Source: Clostridia bacterium (lineage in GTDB: Bacteria; Bacillota; Clostridia; Oscillospirales; Acutalibacteraceae). Taken from it: a DNA stretch of 64,000 bases. Under the pieces are notes generated by a model that did not search any database, had not been told where the DNA came from, and saw only the letters and a list, made by a program, of their open reading frames with translations. Position 1 is the first letter of the stretch. Every line of letters starts with the position of its first letter. Below, piece by piece: positions 16,578 through 26,101 of the stretch. The stretch covers positions 945-64,944 of the forward strand of contig JAFQGI010000038.1 in assembly GCA_017415515.1 (NCBI GenBank), read 5' to 3'. Made by a program: the position numbers and the translations under genes.

Positions 16578-18917
16578 TTAGATGGTCACGACAATCTCGT
16601 GGTTCAGACCATCCTCATAGGCGGGCAGAACGTTGCCCTCGATGGCCACGCCATCGGCGACAATACCCTTGTTCTCGCCCTGCTGGACGGTGATGTTGTA
16701 CTTAGCCTGACGCCAGATGCGCTCCACCTTGTAGGTGCCGAAGTTATCCGGCAGGCAGGGCTCCACGTGCAGACCGTCGTACTCGGGACGGACACCCAGC
16801 ATCCACTCCTCAATGGCCAGACGGACCCAAGCCACAGAGCCGGTGATCCAGCTGTACTCCATCTGATAGGCGTTGTTGCGATGCTCAGGACCAAAGAAGC
16901 AGTTGGCAAACTGGAAGGGCAGTGCGTTCTTCTTCAGCTCGTAGTTGTCCTCCTCGTAATAGCCGGGAGCCACACGGCGGAACAGCTCGTAAGCCTCGTT
17001 GGGCTTGCCGCTGCGCAGCATACCCAGCACCAGCCACATATTGGGATGGGTGTAGATGGTGCCGTTCTCGGCGATACCGGGCTCCATAGCGGACAGACGG
17101 CCCACACGGTCGTCAAACTCCTGATAGGCAGGGCTGAGCAGCAGATAGCCGAGAGGCGTATAAGACTCACGCTTCAGGCTCTCCAGGATGATCTCACGGC
17201 GCTCGGGACTGGCGATGCCGGTCATCAGCGCAAAGGACTGAGTCTCCAGGAACAGCTTCGCATACTTATTGGTGGCAGAGCCGATCTTACCGCCGTTGTC
17301 GTCAAAGCAACGGACAAAGCGGTCGCCCTCCCAAGCGTTGTTGCGAATGGCCTCGGTCATGGCCTCGCTGCGCGCCTGCAGGTTGGCGGCCTTCTCGTCC
17401 TCACCGACAAAGCGGCACAGCTCCGCAATCTGGCTCAGGGCATAGGCATAGGCCATGGACAGCCATACGCTCTCGCCGCGGCCTTCCTTACCGGCGCCGG
17501 TCAGAGAGTCGTTCCAGTCGCCGAACTTAATCAGCAGCAGGTCGTGGATGCCCTTGTTGTTCTCCAGGAAGTCCAGAGCGCGGATGACGTGACCCAGCAC
17601 GGTATCCTTCACCTCGGGATTGTTCAAGAAAGGAATCTCCTGATACAGGAACTTGGTGTCACCGGTCTCCTTGATGTAGGCAGCCAGCGTGTAGGCAGAC
17701 CACAGAGCGGAGTCGGAGTAGGGACGGTCGTCGATGGGGTTCCAGCCACGCACCGCCATACCAAAATCATGCTGATAGGACAGAGCCTCCTGCAGGATGG
17801 CCTTGGTGCGCTTGGGGTTGACGTTGACCACGCCCAGACCGTGCTGGACGATGTCGCGGTAGCCGTTGTAGCCCCAACGGCACCAGGTAGCGCCGTACAT
17901 ACAGGCCAGCTTGGTCCAGTTGTTCAGCAGACGGTTCAGGTGCTCGTCACCGGTCTTGATGACGGTCTTTTCCAGATCGCCCTGGCGATACAGCTGAGCC
18001 AGCGCGGTATAGGCGGGGATGTTGTGCAGATAGGTCTTCTTCAGCTCGATGCAACGCTCGCGGCTGTCGCCGGCACCCAGAACAAACTGGATGTCCTGTA
18101 CGTTGCCATTGAGCTTAATGTCCCACTGCAACACACAAATAGTATCCTCGGCGGAGCCGTCGGAATCGGTGCAGGCGCCGTTCTTGACGCAGACGGGGTT
18201 AGCCACAGAGCCGTACTGACCCATAAACAGACGGCGGGAGCCGTCGTAGTGGCTGACGGGATAGCTGGAGGTGAAGAAAGCGGTCAAATTGTTGTGGGGC
18301 TTCACGTAGGGGTGCTTCTCCGCCAGGAACATATTGTTCTCCTTGTCGAAGGAGGTGGTGCGATAGATCATATCGCCGTAGCTGTCAAAGCCCCACTTAT
18401 ACTTAAACTGCAGCTGGAAATAGGGGAACACGGACAGGTCACGAGCGCGACCGTTCACGTCCTCCAGCTTGATCTGCCACATCTCCACGGCGTCCTTTCC
18501 GGGGGGGATGGAGATAATGAGAGTGGCCTTCACGTCCTCAGTGACGTTGACGATGGTGGTGTAGCCCAGATCGTGGGTGCAGGAGAACTCCTGCACGTCG
18601 GCGCACACAGGCTCCCAGTTGACCGTCCAGAACTTGCCGGTCTCGTTGTCGCGCACATAGATGATGCGGCTGTACAGATGCTCCTTACCGAAGATATCGT
18701 AGTCACAGATACGACCCACGCCGGTAAACAGCTGGATGCCCTCCTCACCGGGATACTGGTAGTCGAAGCAACCGATACCGGTGTGGTGGACGTTGGCGTA
18801 GCACACGTCGTTGAACAGCATCACGTCAAAGGGACGGGGTGCGTCGGGAGAAGTGACCACGAATTTTTTGCCGTCTTCAGAGAAATGTCCGTAGTTCATG
18901 TTGTTACCGCCTTTCAT
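16578..18917 (-). CDS. GH94-like glycoside phosphorylase (cellobiose/chitobiose phosphorylase family)
   Basis: N-terminus MNYGHFSEDGKKFVVTSPDAPRPF resembles GH94 N-termini (an alternative start at 18899 gives exactly this). FGDWNDSL..GESVWL matches the catalytic DWND region of the (alpha/alpha)6 phosphorylases. Size 773-779 aa. Substrate not assignable. Confidence 0.7.
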   Translation of the reverse strand: MKGGNNMNYGHFSEDGKKFVVTSPDAPRPFDVMLFNDVCYANVHHTGIGCFDYQYPGEEGIQLFTGVGRICDYDIFGKEHLYSRIIYVRDNETGKFWTVNWEPVCADVQEFSCTHDLGYTTIVNVTEDVKATLIISIPPGKDAVEMWQIKLEDVNGRARDLSVFPYFQLQFKYKWGFDSYGDMIYRTTSFDKENNMFLAEKHPYVKPHNNLTAFFTSSYPVSHYDGSRRLFMGQYGSVANPVCVKNGACTDSDGSAEDTICVLQWDIKLNGNVQDIQFVLGAGDSRERCIELKKTYLHNIPAYTALAQLYRQGDLEKTVIKTGDEHLNRLLNNWTKLACMYGATWCRWGYNGYRDIVQHGLGVVNVNPKRTKAILQEALSYQHDFGMAVRGWNPIDDRPYSDSALWSAYTLAAYIKETGDTKFLYQEIPFLNNPEVKDTVLGHVIRALDFLENNKGIHDLLLIKFGDWNDSLTGAGKEGRGESVWLSMAYAYALSQIAELCRFVGEDEKAANLQARSEAMTEAIRNNAWEGDRFVRCFDDNGGKIGSATNKYAKLFLETQSFALMTGIASPERREIILESLKRESYTPLGYLLLSPAYQEFDDRVGRLSAMEPGIAENGTIYTHPNMWLVLGMLRSGKPNEAYELFRRVAPGYYEEDNYELKKNALPFQFANCFFGPEHRNNAYQMEYSWITGSVAWVRLAIEEWMLGVRPEYDGLHVEPCLPDNFGTYKVERIWRQAKYNITVQQGENKGIVADGVAIEGNVLPAYEDGLNHEIVVTI

Positions 18918-21900
18918 TTATCGATAGCAGATAAAGGTCTTGATCTCAAAGGGCTTGAAGGTGACGTCCGCCACGCCGTCGGTTAGGGCGACGTCGGCAA
19001 AGGCCTCTTCCAGCATATTGGCTTCCTTGACGCACTTGACGTCAGCGGGGAAGGTCAGCTGAGTGACGGTGCGGGCACGCTCCGCCTCGTACAGACGCAC
19101 CACATAGGCGTTCTCGATGTCCTCGGCAGGCTTCACCGCCTCCACGATGACGTTGTCCGCATCCACCAGCACGGGGGCCGCCAACGCCTTGCCCAGCTTA
19201 CCGGGTGCCACGATGACGGGGGTGTTCAGTTCATAGGCGGGATACACCACGTTGGCCACGCAGAAGTCGCCGCAGTGGGGCAGGATGCTGTAAGTCATCT
19301 CGTGCACGCCGAAGTCGCCGGCAGGATCGGGGTGGGTACCGCCGCGATGCAGGGACAGGCGCATATCCGAGCCACGGACAGAAATGCCGTACTTGCAATC
19401 GTTGAGCATCGCCACACCGAAGCGGCTCTCGGAGATGTCGGTCCACTTCAGGTTGCACACCTCGAAGCGGGCGGTCTCCACGCAATCGTTCTCGGTGGTG
19501 GGACGCTCGATGTGACCAAACTGGATCTCGTGCTTCGCCTTGGTGGCCAGCACGTCCACGTCAAAGCTGACCTTGAGCAGCTGGTGCTTATCCTTCCAGT
19601 CCACCTTGGCGTGGAAGTCCACGCGGGGGCTGTCGGCGTAGAAGATGGTGTCCACAGCGATGGTGGAGTAGTTGCCGATCTTATAGGTGGAGCGCACACG
19701 CCACTCCACACAGCCATCGGACACGACCTTGCGGTCGATGAGCTGGGTCTGGGGACGCATCTTAAACTTCTGGTCGTACTCCACGTCCCAGTTGTCCCAA
19801 TATTCGGGGATATCCTCGCCCATATAGAAGGTGCCCAAGGGAGCGGCACCCTCGCGGCGGAGCTGACGCCCGCTCTGCTTGTCGATGAAGGAGGCAATGT
19901 AGCCGTTCTCGTCAAAGTCCACAGAAGCAAAGGGAGTCTCCAAATGCTTGCCGTCATAAGCAAAGACGGAAGCGCTATCGTCACACTTGTCGGTCAGCGC
20001 CACGCTCTTGGCCTCAAAGGCGCCCAGCGCTACGCCGCCCACCGCGATCTTCTTGCGGCCGAACAGGTCCTCATAGGGCTGGTTCTTGGCATCGGCAACG
20101 TACTTGCCGTTGTCGTCGATATGGATGACGTCCTCACGGTCGAAGGACAGGGGATTCACCAAAGTGATAGCGTTGTCACCCTCGGCCACGGTGGCGGCCA
20201 GGCGCTGGGTCTCGCCGTCCACGGTGACGATCAGCTCGCCCACGATCTTCTCGGAGCGATCGTGGACACACTGGATGCAGGTGCCGGGCAGAATGTCGTG
20301 GAACTGATTTTCCAGCAGCTCCTTCACCCACACGTCATAGTCGTGGGCGTCATACTCCGCACCGGTCATCACCGCCATCAGCTCCATGTTGCGCAGGGCA
20401 TTCTCGCACAGGCGGTTGTTGCGCTTGGTCTGGTGACGCTGGGTCAGGGTGCCGCGATGCAGCTCCAAATAGAGCTCGCCGTTATAGACCGGCATCTTGT
20501 CGTAGTTCTTCTCCATCTCCTGACCGAACTCGCTGATGGTCTGGTATTCCACCTTGGGCATACCGTTGATCTGCATCACACGGGTGGCTTCCTCCACCAT
20601 CACGTCGGTGGGGCCGCCGCCGCCGTCGCCGTAGCCAAAGGCCACCAGGCGGCTCTCGTCAGAGGTCTTATCCTGCAAGGCGGACACGTGGTTCATCAGC
20701 AGATGGGGTGCCGGCTCACAGTGGGTGATGTTAAAGTGGGTGATGACCTCGCTGCCATCGATACCCACCCAACGGAAGGTCTCAAAGGGGAATTTGTTAT
20801 GCTCGTTCCAGCTCAGCTTGGTGGTGTAGAAATACTTCATACCGCAACCGCGCATGATCTGGGGAATGGCGGCGTTATAGCCGAAAGTGTCTGGCAGCCA
20901 GAAGGAGTCGTTGGTGATGCCGAATTTCTCCTGCAGGTATTTCTGACCCTTCAGGAACTGGCGCACCATAAACTCACCGCCGGTGATGTTGCAGTCGCAC
21001 TCCACCCAAGCGCCGCCGTTGACCTCAAAGCGGCCCTCAGCCTGACGCTTCTTGATATCCTCAAAGATAGCGGGATAATGCTCCTCCATCCAGTAGGTGT
21101 GCAGGACGGAAGACTGGATAAACTTATAATCCGCATACTGATCCATCAGCACCAGCGCATTGGCAAAAGTACGGGCGCACTTGCGGATGGTCTCGGCGAT
21201 GGGCCACAGCCAAGCGGTGTCCATGTGGGAGTGACCCACGATGCCTACCTTGCCATAGGCGTCGCCGCAGGTCTGGCCGGTGAACATCTCGCTCATGATG
21301 GCGTTGCAGCGGCGCACGCCGGCGATCACCGTCTCGTAGTCCACCATGGTGGGGTGCAGCACCGCCTCAGCGAACACACGCTCCAGCATATTGATGGCGC
21401 GAGCCTTCAGGAACGGATTCTGATTAATCTGCGCCATAGACAGGAGGATACGCAGGTCGCGAATGAAATTCTTGATCTCCCAGTTGCAGGTCGCCACGTA
21501 CACGTTGTGGAAGGTGTGACGATAGTAGGAATCGGGCATAGCGTGCTCGCGGGCATAGGGGTGCACCTCACGCTCGTCGTGCCAGGCATAGCACTCCAAA
21601 TCGATGTGATAGGTCTTGCCGGCCTCGGCAGACTGGGTCAGCAGGATGTTGTGCTGCAAACCGTCATACTCCTTGATGATGGTGCCGTACATACCCATGG
21701 GTTTGCCGTCCACAAACAAGAGTCCTTCCCGCAATTCGGTGTTCTGCAGCACGAACAGCTCCTTGCCCTCCAGCTCGGCAGGGACGGTATAATCAAACTT
21801 CACCCATAGGTTGCCGTACTCGCCACCCCAGACGTAGCCGTCCTTGATGGTCTGATATTCGGCATCGGGAGCTTGACGGAAATGCTCCTTGGTCTCATAG

Positions 21901-22010
21901 CCCAGCACCTCGCTGAAAGTCTGCTCGGCGTGATAGACGTAGCCGGCATACTGCCAGGTCAGGTTCTGCAACTTTTTGAGCATACGATCGTTAAAGCTTT
22001 GATAATGCAT
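18918..22010 (-). CDS. GH38 alpha-mannosidase (large cytosolic class)
   Basis: GIVGHSHMDTAWLWP metal-binding motif. 1030 aa, no signal peptide. AAAGGAGGAG RBS. The stop abuts the start of the next gene. Confidence 0.9.
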   Translation of the reverse strand: MHYQSFNDRMLKKLQNLTWQYAGYVYHAEQTFSEVLGYETKEHFRQAPDAEYQTIKDGYVWGGEYGNLWVKFDYTVPAELEGKELFVLQNTELREGLLFVDGKPMGMYGTIIKEYDGLQHNILLTQSAEAGKTYHIDLECYAWHDEREVHPYAREHAMPDSYYRHTFHNVYVATCNWEIKNFIRDLRILLSMAQINQNPFLKARAINMLERVFAEAVLHPTMVDYETVIAGVRRCNAIMSEMFTGQTCGDAYGKVGIVGHSHMDTAWLWPIAETIRKCARTFANALVLMDQYADYKFIQSSVLHTYWMEEHYPAIFEDIKKRQAEGRFEVNGGAWVECDCNITGGEFMVRQFLKGQKYLQEKFGITNDSFWLPDTFGYNAAIPQIMRGCGMKYFYTTKLSWNEHNKFPFETFRWVGIDGSEVITHFNITHCEPAPHLLMNHVSALQDKTSDESRLVAFGYGDGGGGPTDVMVEEATRVMQINGMPKVEYQTISEFGQEMEKNYDKMPVYNGELYLELHRGTLTQRHQTKRNNRLCENALRNMELMAVMTGAEYDAHDYDVWVKELLENQFHDILPGTCIQCVHDRSEKIVGELIVTVDGETQRLAATVAEGDNAITLVNPLSFDREDVIHIDDNGKYVADAKNQPYEDLFGRKKIAVGGVALGAFEAKSVALTDKCDDSASVFAYDGKHLETPFASVDFDENGYIASFIDKQSGRQLRREGAAPLGTFYMGEDIPEYWDNWDVEYDQKFKMRPQTQLIDRKVVSDGCVEWRVRSTYKIGNYSTIAVDTIFYADSPRVDFHAKVDWKDKHQLLKVSFDVDVLATKAKHEIQFGHIERPTTENDCVETARFEVCNLKWTDISESRFGVAMLNDCKYGISVRGSDMRLSLHRGGTHPDPAGDFGVHEMTYSILPHCGDFCVANVVYPAYELNTPVIVAPGKLGKALAAPVLVDADNVIVEAVKPAEDIENAYVVRLYEAERARTVTQLTFPADVKCVKEANMLEEAFADVALTDGVADVTFKPFEIKTFICYR

Positions 22011-22080
22011 ACGGTTTTCTCCTCCTTTGGTAACAAAAGCGGTGAATTTCGGGTCCTACTACCCGATTTTTCCATTTTTC

Positions 22081-22109
22081 ATTATAACACTATATATAGT
22101 GTAGCGCAA
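22081..22109 (-). promoter_or_regulatory. Promoter of the GH38/GH94 operon (TTGCGC-17 nt-TATAAT) whose spacer is a perfect 16-bp palindrome ACACTATATATAGTGT (22087-22102)
   Basis: Read directly from the sequence on the minus strand. The palindrome fills the -35/-10 spacer, the classic position for a repressor operator. Confidence 0.45.
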
Positions 22110-22212
22110 CAACAACTTACACAACTCACCCATTTTCCTTGAATACTTACATCCCCATCATTAAATCTCTACACATAGCGGTTGCTCCCCCTTACCTCTT
22201 CCGGGAATTTCC

Positions 22213-22241
22213 TTGCAAACCCAATTTTTATGTGCTATACT
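22213..22241 (+). promoter_or_regulatory. Sigma-A-type promoter (TTGCAA-17 nt-TGcTATACT) for the LRR/dockerin gene
   Basis: -35 at 22213-22218 and -10 at 22236-22241, with an extended -10 TG. Confidence 0.45.
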
Positions 22242-22288
22242 TGCTTCGCGACCCTCTTACCAATTTTGATAACCGGGAGGAAATGTAA

Positions 22289-25150
22289 ATGAAAAGATTT
22301 TTCGCCATCTTAACGAGCATACTGCTGCTGTGCTCCGCCATTCCCCTCACCGCCCTCTCCGTCGCCGCCACCTCTGGCACCACCGGTGATTGCACCTGGA
22401 CGCTGGATGACAACGGCGTGCTCACGATCAGCGGTCAAGGAAAAATGGAGTCCTACAACACCTTCGGCACGCCCTGGGGCAAGGAAATCACCTCCGTTAT
22501 CGTTGAAGAAGGCGTTTCCTTTGTGGGCAAATACGCTTTTTACGATTGTCTCAACCTAACCTCCGTTTCGTTGCCCTCCACGCTTTCCGAGTTGGGCGAA
22601 GGCGCCTTTTACGGGTGCACCGGATTAACCGAGATCACGCTTCCCGACGGCTTACAAAGCAGCGGTTATTTTGCTTTCGCCAACTGCGCCAATCTCACCA
22701 CCGTCACCTTTGGCCAAGGTCTCCTTCGGGTGGAGGACAGCTCCTTCCGCGACTGTTCTTCTTTGACCACCGTCATTCTTCCCGACACCGTTTATTACAT
22801 AGAAAGCAACGCGTTTTCCGGCTGCGGCAAGCTGACCGAATTTCACGTCCCCGCCGGCCTGACCAATATCGGTTCCTTCGCGTTTAACAACTGCTCGTCA
22901 CTGAAACAATTCTCCATTCCGGACGGCGTGACTGCCATCCCCACCGCCGCCTTTGCCGGTTGTCGGTCTTTGGCGTCCGTCACGCTGCCGCAACAGCTGT
23001 CCACCATTGACACCCAAGCGTTTTACAACTGTTCAGCCTTAACCTCCATCGCCTTTCCTCCCACGCTGACCACAATAAACGGCGCTGCCTTTCAGAATTG
23101 TTCTTCTTTGACAGAGGTGGTCATACCCGGTTCCGTCACCGTTCTTTCCGGCGAGGTCTTTTCCGGTTGTTCCTCTGTGCAACGTGTAGTGTTCGAGCCT
23201 TATAGTGGCACCGACGAGGACCCCGGTCTGTATCTCGATCAAGGCATTTTCAGCTCTTGTTACGCATTACAAGAAGTGGTATGGGATCGACCAATAACCA
23301 GCATTCCCAATCGTCTGTTCAACGAATGCTCCTCCCTCTCCTCTATCGTGATTCCGGAGGGGGTCACCTCCATTGGCGAAAATGCTTTTGCTTATTGCAA
23401 CTCCCTGAACACCATACACATCCCCTCTTCCCTAACCATCATTAAGCGAGATGCCTTTCTCTTCGCAAATTCTCTGAACGACGTAAGCATCACCGATCTT
23501 TCCGCTTGGTGTTCCATCCGGTTTGAGAACAGCTCCTCTCAGCCCATGAGCGGAGGCAGTCTCTATCTCAACGGCGAAAAAGTCACCTGCATGGAAATTC
23601 CCGAAGACATCACCGCCATCCCCGCCTATTGCTTCTCTGACTGCAACGGTCTGCAGAAGGTGATCATGCACGACGGCATCACCTCTGTCGGTGCCTACGC
23701 TTTCGCATGGAATCAGCAATTGGAGGAGGTCGTGCTCTCTCGTCAATTATCGGTCATCGAAAGTCATACGTTCTACTTGTGTAACAAATTGGCCAAAGCA
23801 GATCTTCCCGAAGGCCTGTTGGAAATCCACGACTGCGCATTCACCGACTGTGCGTTCCCCTTCGTCATCATTCCTCACGGCGTTACTGCGATAGAAGAAG
23901 AGGCTTTTTCAAGTTGCGACAATGTGCGCTATCTGGTGTTGCCCAACACGGTGACTTCCATCGGTTACGATATGTTCGGCTATATCAACCACTTTAACGA
24001 CGTGTACTATCGCGGCACCGAAACAGATCGGGACGCGATTTCCATCAACACGCTCTCCAACGAGCGCCTGCTGGAAGCCACCTGGCATTATTCCACCTGC
24101 GCTATGAACGAGCACCTCTATTCCTCCGATTGCGATGCCTATTGCAACGCTTGCGATTGGGTGCGCGAGAGCGGCGACCACACCTACGATCACGCCTGTG
24201 ATCCCGACTGCAACCTCTGCGGCACCGTCCGCGAGGTGGAGCCCCACGCCTACGTGGACACCGTCACCACCCCCGCCACCTGCGTCACAGATGGTGTGAC
24301 GTCCTATGTTTGCTCCGTTTGCGGAGATACCTACACCACGGTTATCCCCGCCACCGGCGACCACGCCTACGATCACGCCTGTGATCCCGACTGCAACCTC
24401 TGCGGCACCGTCCGCGAGGTGGAGCCCCACGCCTACGTGGACACCGTCACCACCCCCGCCACCTGCGTCACGGATGGTGTGACGTCCTATGTTTGCTCCG
24501 TTTGCGGAGATACCTACACCACGGTTATCCCCGCCACCGGCGACCACGCCTACGACAGCGACCAAGATCCCTCTTGTAACGTCTGCGGCACCCTCCGTCA
24601 GATAACGTGCCCCGACACCGGTATCGTTATCGGCGGTGCCACCTTCCCCGCCGGCACCACCGTATCTGTAAAGAGAGTGGAGCCTATCGATCTCATTCCC
24701 CTTTTCGGCGAACTGATCGTGGTCTATGACATCTCTCTGAGCCTGGACAGCGTAAGCATTCAGCCCAGCGGTATGGTCTCCGTCACCTTGCCTATGCCGG
24801 AAAGCGCCGCACAATATACCGACCTGCACATCGTATATATTGACGAAAACGGTCATATGACCCTCTGCGAAACCACCGTCAACCCCGACGGAACACTCAC
24901 CTTCTTTACCGATCACTTCAGCCATTACGGTATCGTCGGCACTCCCCAGCCTTCCATCGTCTTTGGTGACGTGACCGGTGACGGCAAGATCAACAACAAA
25001 GACCTGGCTATGTTGCAGCAACATCTCAGCGATTGGGACGTGCCTATTGATGAACAGGCCGCCGATGTGACCGGTGACAACAAGATCAATAACAAAGACC
25101 TGGCCAAATTGCAGCAATATCTCAGCGATTGGGACGTTATCCTTGGCTAA
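22289..25150 (+). CDS. Secreted BspA-type leucine-rich-repeat protein with HC3 knuckle repeats and a C-terminal dockerin-like double repeat
   Basis: Signal peptide MKRFFAILTSILLLCSAIPLTALSVAA. About 20 LRR_5-type repeats (F..C..L..I.IP..V..IG..AF..C). Knuckles such as HTYDHACDPDCNLCGTVREV and PATCVTDGVTSYVCSVCGDTY. C-terminus GDVTGDGKINNKDLAMLQQHLSDWDV...DVTGDNKINNKDLAKLQQYLSDWDV. Confidence 0.9.
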   Translation: MKRFFAILTSILLLCSAIPLTALSVAATSGTTGDCTWTLDDNGVLTISGQGKMESYNTFGTPWGKEITSVIVEEGVSFVGKYAFYDCLNLTSVSLPSTLSELGEGAFYGCTGLTEITLPDGLQSSGYFAFANCANLTTVTFGQGLLRVEDSSFRDCSSLTTVILPDTVYYIESNAFSGCGKLTEFHVPAGLTNIGSFAFNNCSSLKQFSIPDGVTAIPTAAFAGCRSLASVTLPQQLSTIDTQAFYNCSALTSIAFPPTLTTINGAAFQNCSSLTEVVIPGSVTVLSGEVFSGCSSVQRVVFEPYSGTDEDPGLYLDQGIFSSCYALQEVVWDRPITSIPNRLFNECSSLSSIVIPEGVTSIGENAFAYCNSLNTIHIPSSLTIIKRDAFLFANSLNDVSITDLSAWCSIRFENSSSQPMSGGSLYLNGEKVTCMEIPEDITAIPAYCFSDCNGLQKVIMHDGITSVGAYAFAWNQQLEEVVLSRQLSVIESHTFYLCNKLAKADLPEGLLEIHDCAFTDCAFPFVIIPHGVTAIEEEAFSSCDNVRYLVLPNTVTSIGYDMFGYINHFNDVYYRGTETDRDAISINTLSNERLLEATWHYSTCAMNEHLYSSDCDAYCNACDWVRESGDHTYDHACDPDCNLCGTVREVEPHAYVDTVTTPATCVTDGVTSYVCSVCGDTYTTVIPATGDHAYDHACDPDCNLCGTVREVEPHAYVDTVTTPATCVTDGVTSYVCSVCGDTYTTVIPATGDHAYDSDQDPSCNVCGTLRQITCPDTGIVIGGATFPAGTTVSVKRVEPIDLIPLFGELIVVYDISLSLDSVSIQPSGMVSVTLPMPESAAQYTDLHIVYIDENGHMTLCETTVNPDGTLTFFTDHFSHYGIVGTPQPSIVFGDVTGDGKINNKDLAMLQQHLSDWDVPIDEQAADVTGDNKINNKDLAKLQQYLSDWDVILG
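24174..24558 (+). repeat. In-frame tandem duplication, 183-bp unit (2 near-identical copies plus the start of a third)
   Basis: TACGATCACGCCTGTGATCCCGAC starts at 24185 and again at 24368; the related TACGACAGCGAC starts at 24551. The two full copies differ at only a couple of positions, for example CACAGATGG versus CACGGATGG. Confidence 0.9.
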
Positions 25151-25159
25151 CATCTATCT

Positions 25160-25195
25160 AAAAGGAGTCTCGGCGGTGTGCCGAGGCTCCTTTTT
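25160..25195 (+). terminator. Rho-independent terminator
   Basis: GGAGTCTCGG..CCGAGGCTCC hairpin followed by TTTTT. Confidence 0.6.
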
Positions 25196-25285
25196 CCTTC
25201 CCTCTGCCTTTCTCTGAAAAAACTGGCCAAAAACCTATGTGGTTTCTCAATCATTTCGGGTGAACAGCAGTTGCTCGCTGCTCTC

Positions 25286-25314
25286 TTGCCCTTTTTGGCT
25301 GCGTATGCTACAAT
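25286..25314 (+). promoter_or_regulatory. Sigma-A-type promoter (TTGCCC-17 nt-TGcTACAAT) for sfsA
   Basis: Read directly from the sequence. Confidence 0.4.
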
Positions 25315-25335
25315 ACAACAAAAGGAGGCGATTTG

Positions 25336-26007
25336 ATGACCTATCCATCCGTGCGCACGGGCGTTTTCCGTTCCCGCCCCAACCGCTTTATCGCCATCGT
25401 GGACATCGATGGTGTCGATACCGTCTGCCACGTGAAGAACACCGGCCGTTGCAAGGAATTGCTCACCCCCGGTTGCACCGTCATCCTTGAAAAGGCGGCA
25501 AATCCCGCCCGCAAGACCCCCTACGACCTCATCGCCGTCTACAAAGGCGACCGCTTAATCAATATGGACAGCCAAGCCCCCAACGCCGTCGCCGCCGATT
25601 TTCTCTCGGCTCGATTCCCCCACGCTACGATACGCCGTGAGGTCACCTACGGCGACTCCCGCCTGGATTTCGCCGTTCAAAACGGCGATGACACGTGGCT
25701 CATCGAGGTCAAGGGATGTACTCTGGAAATCGACAACATCGGCTACTTCCCCGACGCTCCGACCGAGCGCGGAGTGAAGCATCTGCGCCACCTCATCCGC
25801 GCCGTGGAAGAGGGATTTCACGCCGCCGTCTTGTTCATCATTCAGATGGAGGGGGTTTCCGCCATCCGCCCCAACGACACCACTCACCCCGCCTTCGGCG
25901 ACGCCCTCCGCGATGCGGCAAAAGCCGGCGTGGAGATCTGGGCCGTTGACTGCACCGTCACCCCCTCCACCCTCACTCACCGCCACCCCGTCCCCGTCCA
26001 ACTTTAA
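25336..26007 (+). CDS. sfsA: Sugar fermentation stimulation protein A (SfsA family, nuclease-fold DNA-binding protein)
   Basis: GVFRSRPNRFIAIVDIDGVDTVCHVKNTGRCKELLTPG...LIEVKGCTL...FPDAPTERGVKHL is the SfsA signature. The ATG at 25336 lies 7 nt after AAAGGAGG. Confidence 0.9.
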   Translation: MTYPSVRTGVFRSRPNRFIAIVDIDGVDTVCHVKNTGRCKELLTPGCTVILEKAANPARKTPYDLIAVYKGDRLINMDSQAPNAVAADFLSARFPHATIRREVTYGDSRLDFAVQNGDDTWLIEVKGCTLEIDNIGYFPDAPTERGVKHLRHLIRAVEEGFHAAVLFIIQMEGVSAIRPNDTTHPAFGDALRDAAKAGVEIWAVDCTVTPSTLTHRHPVPVQL

Positions 26008-26101
26008 TCCCCAAAATCCCCCTATTTTCGTCATTCTGTCCATTGTTATTCGGTGACTTGTGTGATATAATCTCCCCATCACAATGAAAGAGGGCTGTTT
26101 T

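Noticed and set aside
16443-21809. Long plus-strand ORFs (16443..18986 and 19275..21809) antisense to the GH94-like and GH38 genes. Similar antisense ORFs elsewhere: 9057..10631, 10935..12614, 13590..14837, 23909..25153, 25973..27991, 29924..31063, 34165..35223, 35258..37102, 37860..38990, 40222..42621, 42825..44417, 47681..49885, 58667..60775 and 62577..63755.
   Set aside because: All lie opposite genes with strong family motifs. They have G/R/H/V-biased composition and no RBS. Open antisense frames are expected in G+C-rich DNA.
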